DNA from: an uncultured Poribacteria bacterium
GTDB lineage: Bacteria; Poribacteria; WGA-4E; WGA-3G
Reading direction: 5' to 3'
DNA length: 64,000 nt
NCBI GenBank assembly: GCA_958296135.2
Contig: CATQHZ020000001.1
Location: 4,947,779-5,011,778 of the forward strand
Made by a program: the position numbers and the translations under genes. The notes below the pieces were generated by a model. It made no database searches. It was given only the letters and a program-made list of their open reading frames with translations, and was not told the origin of the DNA. Each line of letters begins with the position of its first letter. The stretch's first letter is position 1. This document shows, one piece after another, positions 19,409-29,793 of this stretch.

Positions 19409-20956
19409 ATGCAAATGCTTTGGCTCATTATCCGACGCGAAGTTGTCTCCAATGTGCTCACCTCTCGCTTCATCATCGGGTTTCTCGTCTGCCTGCTCGC
19501 AACCGGTGTCGCCGTGTTGGTGCAAGTCAACGATTATGAAAAGCGGTTGACGGCTTACCACACCGCCGTGCGGGAATCGCAGGATGAAGCGCGGACGTGG
19601 GATGTCTATTCCAAAATCAATCCGAAGGCGCACCGAAAGCCGAATCCCCTCGGCATCTTTCACGCCGGGATGGAAACATTCGGCGGGAATACTGTGAGTG
19701 TTGAACCCGCCCGCCCGATTTGGAGCGGGCTGCATATCAGCTTCTTCGCCCCCATTCAGAAGATGGGAACGGACAACCCGTTCCTTTCGATTTTTCTGTC
19801 GGTGGATGTAACGTTCATCTTCAAAATCGTGCTCAGTGCGCTAGCGATTCTGTTCGCTTACAACGCGATTTCGGGGGAAAGGGAAGATGGCACCCTCAAA
19901 CTAGTTTTATCAAACGCTGTGCCGAGGGACACGATAGTGCTCGGGAAATACTTGGGCGGGATGTTCTCGCTGCTGCCCATTGTTGGCGTGAGTCTCCTAT
20001 TCGCCCTCCTTTTTGCCTACGCCTCACCGGCGACGGCCTTTGATGGCAAAGACCTGGCGCACATCGGGCTCATCTTTGCTATCTCGCTGGTGTATGTCTC
20101 AACGTGGTATCTGCTCGGGCTGCTGTTTTCTGTCTGGACGAAGGAAGCTGCCACCACGCTCATCCTGTCCATGTTTGTCTGGGTGATTGTGACAACCGTC
20201 CATTCAAATGTCGCGACATTTGCCGTGGAGCGACTTTTGCCCTCGCAGCCGACAGCGGAATCTTTCCGGCCGATTTTTCAAGAGGCATTGCAAATCTGGG
20301 ACGCTTTCAGGAAAGAACGGAACGCCTACGTGAAACAGAGAGGCCGTGAACAGGCGGCAGACTGGGAGAATCCGCAAGATGCAATTTCCTGGCCATCCAA
20401 AGAACTTGCAAGTGAAATAAGTCACGGTTCTGGAACAGCCCCGTGGTACTCCAAAGAGACCTATGGCGTGAACAATATTGAGCACGCCGACTTGTCCATC
20501 TTTCTGGAGATATTAGGCTATCAGGAACCACTTCGCATTCGCTATGCGGATAAAGTTGAGGAAGTGCTCAACCGACCGAGTCGAGCCGCCGCAAAGAACG
20601 CCCAATTGGCAGCGGATATCTCGCGTCTCTCCTTCGCCGATGTCTATAGTTTTGCGGTGGGCACGCTCGCCGGCACCGACCGGCAGAGCTACACCGATTT
20701 TCTGTCCGCCACGCGAACCTATAAGCGGCAGCTGGTTGATTATCTCGCCGATAAAGAGGCGTTTTCCTCGCCGACGTGGTTTTCCAGTGACAGGGGCGCG
20801 GTGGTGCTCACAGATATGCCGGTGTTCCGGCACCGGCGGCTGTCGCTATCAGAGAGCCTCTCTCGCGCCGCCGGCGACATTTTGATTTTAGTCGCATGGA
20901 ATATCATCCTGTTCATGGCGGCGTATGTCTCGTTCCTCCGCTATGACCTGGGTTGA
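19409..20956 (+). CDS. ABC-2 type transporter permease (type C)
   Basis: AGGAGG RBS; 'FAYNAISGEREDGTLKLVLSNAVPRDTIVLGK'. Confidence 0.9.
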   Translation: MQMLWLIIRREVVSNVLTSRFIIGFLVCLLATGVAVLVQVNDYEKRLTAYHTAVRESQDEARTWDVYSKINPKAHRKPNPLGIFHAGMETFGGNTVSVEPARPIWSGLHISFFAPIQKMGTDNPFLSIFLSVDVTFIFKIVLSALAILFAYNAISGEREDGTLKLVLSNAVPRDTIVLGKYLGGMFSLLPIVGVSLLFALLFAYASPATAFDGKDLAHIGLIFAISLVYVSTWYLLGLLFSVWTKEAATTLILSMFVWVIVTTVHSNVATFAVERLLPSQPTAESFRPIFQEALQIWDAFRKERNAYVKQRGREQAADWENPQDAISWPSKELASEISHGSGTAPWYSKETYGVNNIEHADLSIFLEILGYQEPLRIRYADKVEEVLNRPSRAAAKNAQLAADISRLSFADVYSFAVGTLAGTDRQSYTDFLSATRTYKRQLVDYLADKEAFSSPTWFSSDRGAVVLTDMPVFRHRRLSLSESLSRAAGDILILVAWNIILFMAAYVSFLRYDLG

Positions 20957-21145
20957 GGTCTTTCGTATTGGCGCAAAGCGTTCAATAACAGGGGATGGTG
21001 CAATGGCATCTTTCGCCGTATATCTGTCATCGTCGTTGACGATGACTACGTTCTTGCAGCGATTTTTCAACACCGATCCAGCGCAAGGATTTCACGAACG
21101 AAGTCCTTACTCGCTGAACAGAACCTGCATGCAAAGGAGTGACGA

Positions 21146-22591
21146 ATGATTTGGCATATTGTAAAGAAAGAAATCTATCACAACCTCACGACGTTGAGGT
21201 TCGCGTTGATGATCCTGCTGCTGCCGCTCCTGATGATAGCGAACGCCCTCATCTATGGCTTAGCCGGCGGCGGCTGGATGGCGGAAAATAACACGCATCA
21301 CCAATTGGCAGCCAGATCTTTCAACGAACTCAAAGCGTCAGCGGCTCAGAGTCTGGCGGAGTTAGCCCTCGTCGGGCCTGGGCGCATTTCCAAGCGGCCC
21401 AGCCCGCTGATATTCTGCGCCGATGGAGCGGACGAAGTCATACCGAAATTCGTCATGATGAAGAGCGACATTCACAGTAGTCGCAGCGGCGGTAACGATG
21501 CGGAACCTTACGCATGGCGTTTTCCGTGGACATTAGAATATCCGCTGCCGAGTGAGAGCGGTAATTCGATGCAACGCATCAAATTGGACTGGGTGTTCAT
21601 TGGGATTCTCATGAGCTTCTTCACCATCTTGTTCACGTTTGATGCCATCGCCGGGGAGCGCGCCCGCGGCACACTCAGTCTCATCATGTCCAACCAGATC
21701 TCCCGCGGGCAGGTGCTGTTGGCCAAATACCTCGGGGCATTTATCACGCTCATGGTGCCGCTGGCTATCGGTATCCTGATGAACTTGTTGGTTATCCTCC
21801 TTAGCGGCAGTATCCCGCTCGCCGGCGGCGAGTGGCTGCGCATTCTCGGCATGGTGGGGCTGCTGGCACTGCTGGTTTCAAGTTTCATCTTCCTCGGACT
21901 GTTTTTCTCCAGTCGTGTCTCAAATGCTATCACCGGGTTAGTGTGGCTCTTATTAACCTGGGTCTGCCTCGCGTTCGCCTTTCCGAGTCTGCTCGGCACC
22001 TTCGTCGGGAACCTTAACCCGATTCCATCCGTTGATGAAGTCTCGTTACGGAAAGAGGCACAACTAGCGCAAATCGAAGAAGAATTTCGGGAGCCCCACT
22101 CCACACGGCTAAAAAAAGCGCCGTCTGCCGAAGACCCCGAGACGACGCGCCGCTGGGCCACCTACTTTCTCGCGCGGATAGAGACGCAGACGCAGCTCGC
22201 CGATGCACAGATCGACTGGCAGTTCCGACAGGTGCAACTCGCCCGAGACCTGACGCAGTTCTCGCCGATAGCGTGCTTCCAATATGCGATGGAGGGACTC
22301 GCAAACACAGGTGTTGTGAGCTACATGAATTTCGTCAAACACGCGCGCCGCTATCGCCAAACGTTTACCGATTTCATCAAGACGGAGGATAGGACAGACT
22401 CGGCGAGTCTGCATATCTATCCGGTGAAAGAGGGATTATCTCAAAAACCGGTTGATGTGGCAGCGGTGCCGCAGTTTCAAGAGGCACTCTCGCATGAAAG
22501 TGTGCTGCTGCCGGTGGGATTGCTAATCCTATTTAACGCGCTGTTCTTCATCATCGCGCAGATTTCGTTTCTGAAGAGCGAGGTGAAGTAA
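21146..22591 (+). CDS. ABC-2 type transporter permease (type D)
   Basis: 'FTFDAIAGERARGTLSLIMSNQISRGQVLLAK'. Confidence 0.9.
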   Translation: MIWHIVKKEIYHNLTTLRFALMILLLPLLMIANALIYGLAGGGWMAENNTHHQLAARSFNELKASAAQSLAELALVGPGRISKRPSPLIFCADGADEVIPKFVMMKSDIHSSRSGGNDAEPYAWRFPWTLEYPLPSESGNSMQRIKLDWVFIGILMSFFTILFTFDAIAGERARGTLSLIMSNQISRGQVLLAKYLGAFITLMVPLAIGILMNLLVILLSGSIPLAGGEWLRILGMVGLLALLVSSFIFLGLFFSSRVSNAITGLVWLLLTWVCLAFAFPSLLGTFVGNLNPIPSVDEVSLRKEAQLAQIEEEFREPHSTRLKKAPSAEDPETTRRWATYFLARIETQTQLADAQIDWQFRQVQLARDLTQFSPIACFQYAMEGLANTGVVSYMNFVKHARRYRQTFTDFIKTEDRTDSASLHIYPVKEGLSQKPVDVAAVPQFQEALSHESVLLPVGLLILFNALFFIIAQISFLKSEVK

Positions 22592-22844
22592 ATATCCCTT
22601 TCACCGTCGCGCGAGGGAAAACCCGGCGAGCGCGAATCGCCGAGGGTTCACCTCGCAAAATCAAACTGAGCGAAAAAAAATGCAACCTTTTCGCATCACG
22701 GGTGTGTAACATTTCAGTCAGGCAACTTTTTTGCAACTCGTTTGTAGTTTGGATAAGTAGACAACCTTTGTTTCCGAATTTTTCAGGAAATAGGGTATAA
22801 TAGCATAGAGACCGGAACCAACAACGATGATGGAGGTTTTGAAA

Positions 22845-23987
22845 ATGAGACATCAAAACGGTTGGCTCACGCTTACCTTTCTCAGCGTTTTCGCCATCGT
22901 CCTCTCTCTCAGCGGACAGGCGAACGCGGAAACTTGGAGTTACTCTGCTCGTTACTCTCACAACGGGGTAACTCTCAGCGAAGTCGTGGAATTTGAGAGC
23001 CCGGATGCAATCACCACGGGACAATATGAGGGAACGCAGACTGCGGCGGCACTCATGGCGGCGTTTGATGCGGCTTACACTAAGGCACGCCCGAAAACCA
23101 CTGTGACGGTGTCGCGTCAAGGGAAGCGTGCTGAAATCAAAAGCGAGTGGACCGAGGCAGAAATCGATGCCCGGTATCCACGCGCCGAGTGGCTGCAGCT
23201 GCTTTTGGATAAAGACATCACAATAACGCACTTCGGAGACTACGCCATGTCTCTGTCGAAACGGCATACGCTGGCACTCTTGAAGGATAACCCGAAACTG
23301 TGGCAGTGGCGGCTCCTGGGCATTCCACCGACGAAAGATTGGCATACCTACAAAGCGGCGTATCTCAATAAGGGCGTAGACTTCCATGCGCAGTCCCGGA
23401 AAGTGGCGGCATCTGTCGAAGCGGTGAAGGAACAAGTTGAACGCGCGAAGGAACTTATTCCTGCCGTGCCAGCTCCGCCGCACATTCCTGCGATGCCGAT
23501 TCCTGCCGTGCCAGCTCCGCCGCACATTCCTGCGATGCCGAACCTCTGGCAAGAAGTTGATGAAATCGAGCAACTGGTCGAAGAGTTCAAAGCGGCAATT
23601 GAGGAAGTCTCCAAGGCCAGGGATGACATCGGTGATGAAATCCCGCAACTAGTCGAAGAGTTCAAAGCGGCAATTGGGGAAGTCTCCAAGGCCAGGGATG
23701 ACATCGGTGATGAAATCGAGCAACTGGTCGAAGAGTTCAAAGCGGCAATTGGGGAAGTCTCCAAGGCCAGGGGTGACATCGGTGAGGGCATCAACGGACA
23801 ACTGAAGCACACGAAAGCGCAAGTGGCGCACGCGAAGCAGCAGTTAAAACGTGCTGAGGCACAAGTTGAACGCGCGAGGCAACAGTTGAGACGTGCCCAA
23901 GAGGCTTTGGAACGTGAGAGAAAGCGGACCTCGCCGCCAGCTCACAAGCGCGAACCGAAGCAGGATAGCAAGGAGGGGACGCTTTAG
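22845..23987 (+). CDS. Exported hypothetical protein with Pro-rich and coiled-coil tandem repeats
   Basis: ATG 22845 with GGAGG RBS; signal peptide ending 'ANA'; two 14-aa and three 25-aa repeats; C-terminal coiled coil. Confidence 0.8.
   Translation: MRHQNGWLTLTFLSVFAIVLSLSGQANAETWSYSARYSHNGVTLSEVVEFESPDAITTGQYEGTQTAAALMAAFDAAYTKARPKTTVTVSRQGKRAEIKSEWTEAEIDARYPRAEWLQLLLDKDITITHFGDYAMSLSKRHTLALLKDNPKLWQWRLLGIPPTKDWHTYKAAYLNKGVDFHAQSRKVAASVEAVKEQVERAKELIPAVPAPPHIPAMPIPAVPAPPHIPAMPNLWQEVDEIEQLVEEFKAAIEEVSKARDDIGDEIPQLVEEFKAAIGEVSKARDDIGDEIEQLVEEFKAAIGEVSKARGDIGEGINGQLKHTKAQVAHAKQQLKRAEAQVERARQQLRRAQEALERERKRTSPPAHKREPKQDSKEGTL
23457..23785 (+). repeat. Intragenic tandem repeats (42 bp x2, 75 bp x3)
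   Basis: Near-perfect direct repeats encoding IPAVPAPPHIPAMP and DEIEQLVEEFKAAIGEVSKARDDIG. Confidence 0.9.
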
Positions 23988-24160
23988 GGGCTCATCCTTT
24001 TATCGGTAGGGCGAGGGCCGTCACGGTCACGCCGTCTTTTTACCGTAGGGCGAGGGCCGTCACGCCGAAACTTTGTCATCTCTGCAGCCTCGCTGCAGAG
24101 ATGTCCACTGTCCCTCGCCATGCCCGATCTTCCCCAGATCGCATTTTATGAGGCGTTACC

Positions 24161-24562
24161 ATGAAAATGCGCAAAATTGACCTGGATCACGTCACATCCA
24201 GCTGCGATGCCATCGCCTTTCTCCGCATGGAAGTTCCTGATGAGCGGTATTATGGCCCCCTGCCATTCGGACACGTTCGGTACGCTTACAAGGGCATTGA
24301 ACAAGAGGCAGGCTTCCCCATGGATCTGGATAAGGAAATCTTCCTGACACGGTTCGACGAGGTTCCGGTTAAGAATGCACTCGGAGAAGATGAACCCTTG
24401 GATGCAGCAGCATGGCAAGCCTTAGAGGCGGCTTTTCGCAAGGCCGCACCCGATTTTATTGCAGCAGTGCAAGAAGACTACGCAGCGCGCTGGCAAAGGT
24501 TTTTTGGCAGCGACGAGGAAATTGAAACCCCACAGGAGGCATATCATGTTACAAACGCGTGA
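24161..24562 (+). CDS. Hypothetical protein homologous to the N-terminal domain of 7267..8181
   Basis: Shared 'IAFLRME...YGP...GxVRYAxxG..QxxGFPMDLxKxIF'; overlaps the ATPase start. Confidence 0.8.
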   Translation: MKMRKIDLDHVTSSCDAIAFLRMEVPDERYYGPLPFGHVRYAYKGIEQEAGFPMDLDKEIFLTRFDEVPVKNALGEDEPLDAAAWQALEAAFRKAAPDFIAAVQEDYAARWQRFFGSDEEIETPQEAYHVTNA

Positions 24563-25280
24563 CTTAACGAAAGTCTACAACGAGACTGTCATGGCGGTGA
24601 ATGCACTCAACCTCACCGTCAACGATGGCGAAATCTATGTCGTACTCGGCGCGAACGGTGCCGGCAAAAGCACGACGATATCGATGCTGCTCAACTTCAT
24701 TGAACCGACGAGCGGCACAGCACTCATCGGTGACATCGAGATTCCGAAGTTTCCGCTGGAGGCGAAGCGGCACCTCGCCTATGTCTCCGAGAACGTGGAA
24801 CTCTATCGCAACTTCACCGCCCGACAAAACCTCGCCTTTTTCGCCAAACTCGGCGGCCGGAAAAAGGTATCCAACGCGGATTTGGATGCCACCCTTGGGC
24901 GCGTCGGATTACCCGAAGCAGCGTTCACGCGGCGGGTGAAGACGTTCTCCAAAGGGATGCGGCAACGCTTGGGCATCGCGATTGCTATGATGAAGAATGC
25001 GCAGGCGGTGCTGCTGGACGAACCGACTTCGGGGTTAGACCCGAAGGGCGGTGCCGATTTTCTAAACCTGCTGCGTGACTTGCGGGAGGAAGGGAAAGCT
25101 ATCTTCATGTCGACACACGACATTTTCCGCGCGAAGGAGATAGCTGACAAGATTGGCATTCTCGTCGCCGGCAATTTGGAGCGCGAGTTAACGCGCGAAG
25201 ATATAGCGCAGGAAAATCTGGAGGCGTTGTATCTCCGCTACGTCGCGGGGTATGAACCGGCAGAGGAGGACAGCGAGTGA
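24546..25280 (+). CDS. ABC transporter ATP-binding protein
   Basis: ATG 24546 with AGGAGG RBS; Walker A 'GANGAGKS', 'FSKGMRQR', 'LLDEPTSGLD'. Confidence 0.95.
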   Translation: MLQTRDLTKVYNETVMAVNALNLTVNDGEIYVVLGANGAGKSTTISMLLNFIEPTSGTALIGDIEIPKFPLEAKRHLAYVSENVELYRNFTARQNLAFFAKLGGRKKVSNADLDATLGRVGLPEAAFTRRVKTFSKGMRQRLGIAIAMMKNAQAVLLDEPTSGLDPKGGADFLNLLRDLREEGKAIFMSTHDIFRAKEIADKIGILVAGNLERELTREDIAQENLEALYLRYVAGYEPAEEDSE

Positions 25281-27622
25281 TGTATTTCGTCGTTTCTCGC
25301 GGGGGTTTGGCTGCGTCTGGCCGGGTCCCGTTTCCTTCTCCGGCAGACGTGCCGCTTTCAAGTCTAGCCGGTAGGCATCCGTTTGGCGCGCCGGTTCTCA
25401 GGCTGTTCCTCTGCCTGCTGTTCCTGCTGGCCCCCGTGTCTCTGTCCCCTTTGTTCGCGCAAGATGCGGCGAAGACGAAGGATGAGCAGAGCCGTGAAAT
25501 CGCCACCAAACGCGCCCGCTTGGAGATGGAACTCGCCGAGAACCTGATGAAGGAGAAGCAGATTGAACTCGAAAATCTGCAGGCGATGATGCGCGAAGAG
25601 AACAACATCGTTACCGTCTCCGAGGTGAATCAGGCCGAGGAAGAACACAAACGCGCCATCGCCGAGTATGAAAAGGCGAAGTTGAACCTGCAGCAGGTGG
25701 AACTCGATTCGTTGAAGGATGCATGGCACATCACCGTCGAAAGCACGCGGCTCTATGAATCGCGCGACGGCAGGGAACTGTTCGCCATTACGCTGCGCAA
25801 CAGGTCCCTGCCTGTCACTCTCACCGAGAGCTCCAAAGTGCTTGGACGCGAGGTTGTCGTGAGCGCGCAAGTGGACGACATCTTCGTCTCCATTAAAGAG
25901 AAAGAGGACTTTGGCCGGGGCGGTGCCATCATCGCCGAACCTTACGAACGCCGAATTGAGACGTTGAAAGAAGGCGAAGCGGTGACCCTGGAGTTTGAGC
26001 TCATCAAGGAGGATGTCCGGAATGTCGTCGTGGCATTGGACTACCTCGATGTTGAGGAGGAACGCAACATCCACCTGAAGCAGGAAGAACCCTACATCTC
26101 CGTCGTCTCGGCGCGCCGTTACAAACAGGGAGACCGGCGGCGGTTGGAGGTTATCCTTACCTACGGTGCAGTAACAAGCGATGACGACGCATCGGTGGAC
26201 ACCGTCCAAAACACGGCGCAGGAAATCAACAACGTCTACATCTCGATTCAAGACGATTCGGCGGCCATCATCGGCTACCCTTACGAGCAAAAGATTCGGA
26301 CGCTGCGCGACGGCGAGGAGAAACTGCTGGACTTTGAACTCCGCCGGAATGTGGATAGTCTCACCGTCAATTTGCGCTATCTGGACAAGGATTACCCCTA
26401 TAAAATCCACTTGGAGGAAGACACGCGCCACCTCTCGATTTTGAGTGCCAAGAAGTTCCGGGTAGAGAACCAGATGATGGTAACGCTGCAACTGAAGAAT
26501 ACCTCCACAACAGAGGCGATGCCGATGAATGCCACCCCAGAGGAAATCGCCGCCGCTAATGAAATCCGCTCGCTTTATGTCTCCTTGCTTGATGTCACCG
26601 ATGACACGAACATCGTCAAACCTTACGAAGCAAACGTCCCAGTGCTCGGCTACAATGAGACAGTAGCACTGACATTTCAACTCCAAAAAGATGTGGAAAG
26701 CCTGAAGGTGTCGCTCAAGTACCCAGAACTGCCCGAACCGGACATACGGCTGATTTATCTGCAGAAGGAATCGGCGTTGGATGTCGTCAATGTCAGTTCG
26801 TTGCGGTTTTCACAGGAGGGAAACCTCGGCAGCAATGTTACCTATGATTTGACGTTGGATCGGTTAGCGGAGACAGAGAACACGTTTCAGTTGCGCGTCA
26901 TTAACCTGTTGGACCGGCTCACGTTTGAATTTCAGGACCCCGAGACGAAATCGCGGCAGTCACAGGTGAAGTTTACACAAGAACAATCCAAGCGCGCCCT
27001 GCAGTTGATTGTGTACCTGCCGGAAGAGTTGGATGCCGCCTATCTTGATAGCACACTGGAATTTTACGTGGCGGTGCTCGATGAATCGGAGGCAAACGCA
27101 CTCGGCGGTGCCAATAACCGGCTGGACTTGCCTGCGGAGCGGCTGGCCGGTATCCAAGGCGGAATTGAGCGGTTTGAGTTGATTCCGAAAGGGGTGCCAG
27201 AGATTGAACTTTTCGTGCCGAATGCGTTCCAAACGATTCAGGTAGGCGAGCCGGTGCAGATGACAGCAACGCTCGAGAACATCGGCACGCGAGATCTGGT
27301 GGACATCCGCATGGTGGTGGAAGTGAACACCGAGTGGAACTACACCGTGTCGCCGGAAGTCATTCGTTCGCTAAAGCGCAACGAAAATACAGAGATTCAG
27401 GTGACGTTGAACCCACCCTCAGACATCGGCGTCGGAGAATATGAGGCGAAGGTGAATGCGGAAGTCACCGTGGATAACCGCAAGGTGGAAGCACGCGACC
27501 GGTCGATTACGGTGAAGGTGGAGTCGCAGACGCAGGTGTCAATCACGACGCTGCTGTTTGTGCTGCTGATTCTCCTGGTCATCGGCATCGCCATCGTCAC
27601 GATACGGATTAGCCGCCGGTAG
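25277..27622 (+). CDS. Signal peptide + coiled coil + three repeated beta domains + NEW3/COG1470-like domain + C-terminal TM anchor
   Basis: Overlaps the ATPase stop; repeats 'xxxxYVSIxD...II..PYE..I..L...E...L.FEL...V..L.V.L.Y'; 'LENIGTRDL...WNYTVSPEVI...PPSDIGVGEY'. Confidence 0.75.
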   Translation: MMYFVVSRGGLAASGRVPFPSPADVPLSSLAGRHPFGAPVLRLFLCLLFLLAPVSLSPLFAQDAAKTKDEQSREIATKRARLEMELAENLMKEKQIELENLQAMMREENNIVTVSEVNQAEEEHKRAIAEYEKAKLNLQQVELDSLKDAWHITVESTRLYESRDGRELFAITLRNRSLPVTLTESSKVLGREVVVSAQVDDIFVSIKEKEDFGRGGAIIAEPYERRIETLKEGEAVTLEFELIKEDVRNVVVALDYLDVEEERNIHLKQEEPYISVVSARRYKQGDRRRLEVILTYGAVTSDDDASVDTVQNTAQEINNVYISIQDDSAAIIGYPYEQKIRTLRDGEEKLLDFELRRNVDSLTVNLRYLDKDYPYKIHLEEDTRHLSILSAKKFRVENQMMVTLQLKNTSTTEAMPMNATPEEIAAANEIRSLYVSLLDVTDDTNIVKPYEANVPVLGYNETVALTFQLQKDVESLKVSLKYPELPEPDIRLIYLQKESALDVVNVSSLRFSQEGNLGSNVTYDLTLDRLAETENTFQLRVINLLDRLTFEFQDPETKSRQSQVKFTQEQSKRALQLIVYLPEELDAAYLDSTLEFYVAVLDESEANALGGANNRLDLPAERLAGIQGGIERFELIPKGVPEIELFVPNAFQTIQVGEPVQMTATLENIGTRDLVDIRMVVEVNTEWNYTVSPEVIRSLKRNENTEIQVTLNPPSDIGVGEYEAKVNAEVTVDNRKVEARDRSITVKVESQTQVSITTLLFVLLILLVIGIAIVTIRISRR

Positions 27623-27639
27623 GGAGGACTGAAAACGAC

Positions 27640-29013
27640 ATGAACATACGACTGACAGCACTGTCACTGTGCTTGCTGTTGCTAGTGGCGCGTGCTGTCC
27701 CCGCGCAACGGCTCGTTTCCCTGACACCGACGCGCGCCATCGCATTGGCATTGAAAAACAACGAGGCCGTCAGGCAGGCAGAAAAGGTTGTTGAACGCAC
27801 CCAGGCGAATCTTCGCCTCTCCAAAGCCATCTATCTGCCGCAGGTGGGACTTACCGGTGAATATAAACGCCAAAAGGCGGGCGATACCGATGAACGGGAC
27901 TACCTCTCCCGCGGGCAGCTCAGCCTCTTGCTGGCACAATTCGGCGAAGTACCGGAAGGACTTGACACCACGCAGGAAGCCGTACGGAAAGCAGAGATTG
28001 CCGCCGAACGCGTCAAAAAAGACATTGTCTCCGAACTCCGCAACCTCTGGCACGATATTATCTTGACGCAGGAGGAAATTACGCAACGCCGCGCGATTGA
28101 GGTAGAACTCGTCAAAAAACTGAAAGGCACGCAAATCAAACACGAGAAAAAGCGGATTCTCTTCTTGAGCCGCCTCAATACGGAATTGGAACTGTCGGAA
28201 CAGCAGCTCGCACTGAACGAACTCCAGCGGCGGCTGGATGTGGACACGGCGGAACTCATCCGCCTCACCGGGCTGGACCCGCTCGCAAACGTCGTCCTCT
28301 CGCAACCCCTGCCAGACGACGACATCACACTGGAAGCCGCTGTGGAATTCGCGCTCGGCAACAGCCTCGCGCTGCAGGACTTGAAAGGCGACATCGCCCG
28401 CCAAGAACGACTCGTCGGCGAGACGCTCTGGAACCGGTTCCCCGAAGTCTCTGCCGAGGCGCGCTATCGCGACTTGCGCGTCTTGTTGGAACAGCATCCA
28501 GGCCAGCGGACATGGGATGCAACGGCGCGCTACTCGCCAGTGCTGCTGGACAGAGAACGCGATGTGCCGAGCATCTTTGAACGCACCCCGCGTGCCGAAC
28601 AGGGATGGGAGCTGCGGTTTAATCTCAACATTCCGCTGTTCGATGGACACGAAACAAAAAACTTGCGTTCCGCTGAACTCGCAGAATTGGAGCGACTGCA
28701 TCTAGAACACACCGACAAACGGAAACGCCTCCGCGTCGCCGTCCGGCGCGATTACCGCGCTGTCGCCAACGCTCAAGAACGAATTGAGATTGAGCAGCGA
28801 CGCGTAGAAATCTATGAGCAACGCCTCCGTGCAATTGAACGCGTGCTGGATGAAGTCACGGTGGAATTGCCCAATTATCGCGGGTTGACGTTTGACGATG
28901 CGTTCCAGGCACAGGCGCAGTTCACTGAGGCGCAACGCGTCTTCTATCAAGCACGCCGAGATGGTGCCCGGGCTAAAGAGAAACTGCGGCAAACGATGGA
29001 GTGGATTGATTAA
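27640..29013 (+). CDS. TolC family outer-membrane efflux protein
   Basis: Signal peptide, 'AIALALKNN', 'YLPQVGL', second half 'LEAAVEFALGNS', 'LNIPLFDG'. Confidence 0.85.
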   Translation: MNIRLTALSLCLLLLVARAVPAQRLVSLTPTRAIALALKNNEAVRQAEKVVERTQANLRLSKAIYLPQVGLTGEYKRQKAGDTDERDYLSRGQLSLLLAQFGEVPEGLDTTQEAVRKAEIAAERVKKDIVSELRNLWHDIILTQEEITQRRAIEVELVKKLKGTQIKHEKKRILFLSRLNTELELSEQQLALNELQRRLDVDTAELIRLTGLDPLANVVLSQPLPDDDITLEAAVEFALGNSLALQDLKGDIARQERLVGETLWNRFPEVSAEARYRDLRVLLEQHPGQRTWDATARYSPVLLDRERDVPSIFERTPRAEQGWELRFNLNIPLFDGHETKNLRSAELAELERLHLEHTDKRKRLRVAVRRDYRAVANAQERIEIEQRRVEIYEQRLRAIERVLDEVTVELPNYRGLTFDDAFQAQAQFTEAQRVFYQARRDGARAKEKLRQTMEWID

Positions 29014-29026
29014 TAAGGAGAAGAGC

Positions 29027-29617
29027 ATGAGCACACAACAAATTCACCACGCGGAAGTGGGCATCCAACCCACACCAACCGCGCAGGAACCCCTCTCCCT
29101 GCCAACGATGACCTTGGAAGAATTCCTTGAAAGCGATTTAGAGGGATACGAATATGTTAAAGGAGAATTAATACCGATGCCCCCTACCTCAGGCGAACAC
29201 GGCGATATTAGCGTCAACCTTATTGTGCCATTAGGTGCGTATGTCCGAGAAAATCAGTTAGGGCGTGTTTACATCCCGGACACGGGATTCCGTATAGGCG
29301 AGCGCGTGCTGATACCCGACATCGCGTTTCTCTCAAACGCGCGGCTGCCAGAAGAACGGCGCAAGGCGTTTGAAATCCCGCCGGATTTGGCGGTAGAAGT
29401 GGTCTCCCCATCGGACGCGCAGTTTCGGATTGTCCAAAAGGTGCTGAATTACTTGGATGCCGGCACGCAACTCGTCTGGGTAATCGAACCAGTGGCGAAA
29501 ACGGTGACAGTCTATCGTTCCGAAACCGACATCACGCTGCTCACGCGCGAAGACACGCTAACCGGTGAAGAGGTAGTACCGGGATTTTCGTGTGAAGTCG
29601 GGGAACTTTTCGAGTGA
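29027..29617 (+). CDS. Uma2 family PD-(D/E)XK endonuclease-like protein, copy 1
   Basis: ATG 29027 with AAGGAG RBS; 'YEYVKGEL', 'PDIAF', 'PDLAVEVVSPS'. Confidence 0.92.
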   Translation: MSTQQIHHAEVGIQPTPTAQEPLSLPTMTLEEFLESDLEGYEYVKGELIPMPPTSGEHGDISVNLIVPLGAYVRENQLGRVYIPDTGFRIGERVLIPDIAFLSNARLPEERRKAFEIPPDLAVEVVSPSDAQFRIVQKVLNYLDAGTQLVWVIEPVAKTVTVYRSETDITLLTREDTLTGEEVVPGFSCEVGELFE

Positions 29618-29793
29618 TTTTGTATGGGCGCAAAGCGTCCCATCAGAACTGTTGGGGCAATCGCGTGGCACGGCGGGAGACAGGCACCGCCCTACGAGTT
29701 AATATCAACAGCCACCAGATTTGTAAGGGCAGATGTCTATGGTTTCCGCCCGCGTCAACCGCACAAAACAACTTGACTTAACAGGAGCCAAAC

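Noticed and set aside
21040-21060. IscB omega/HEARO RNA suggested by 'GACTACGTT' (also near 35715)
   Set aside because: Only a short motif; no other HEARO features and no IscB/TnpB gene nearby.
25364-28701. Long antisense ORFs (440 aa and 339 aa; also 45195..46670, 491 aa, and 22551..23648)
   Set aside because: They shadow well-supported genes on the opposite strand, as is common in GC-rich DNA, and carry no recognisable motifs.
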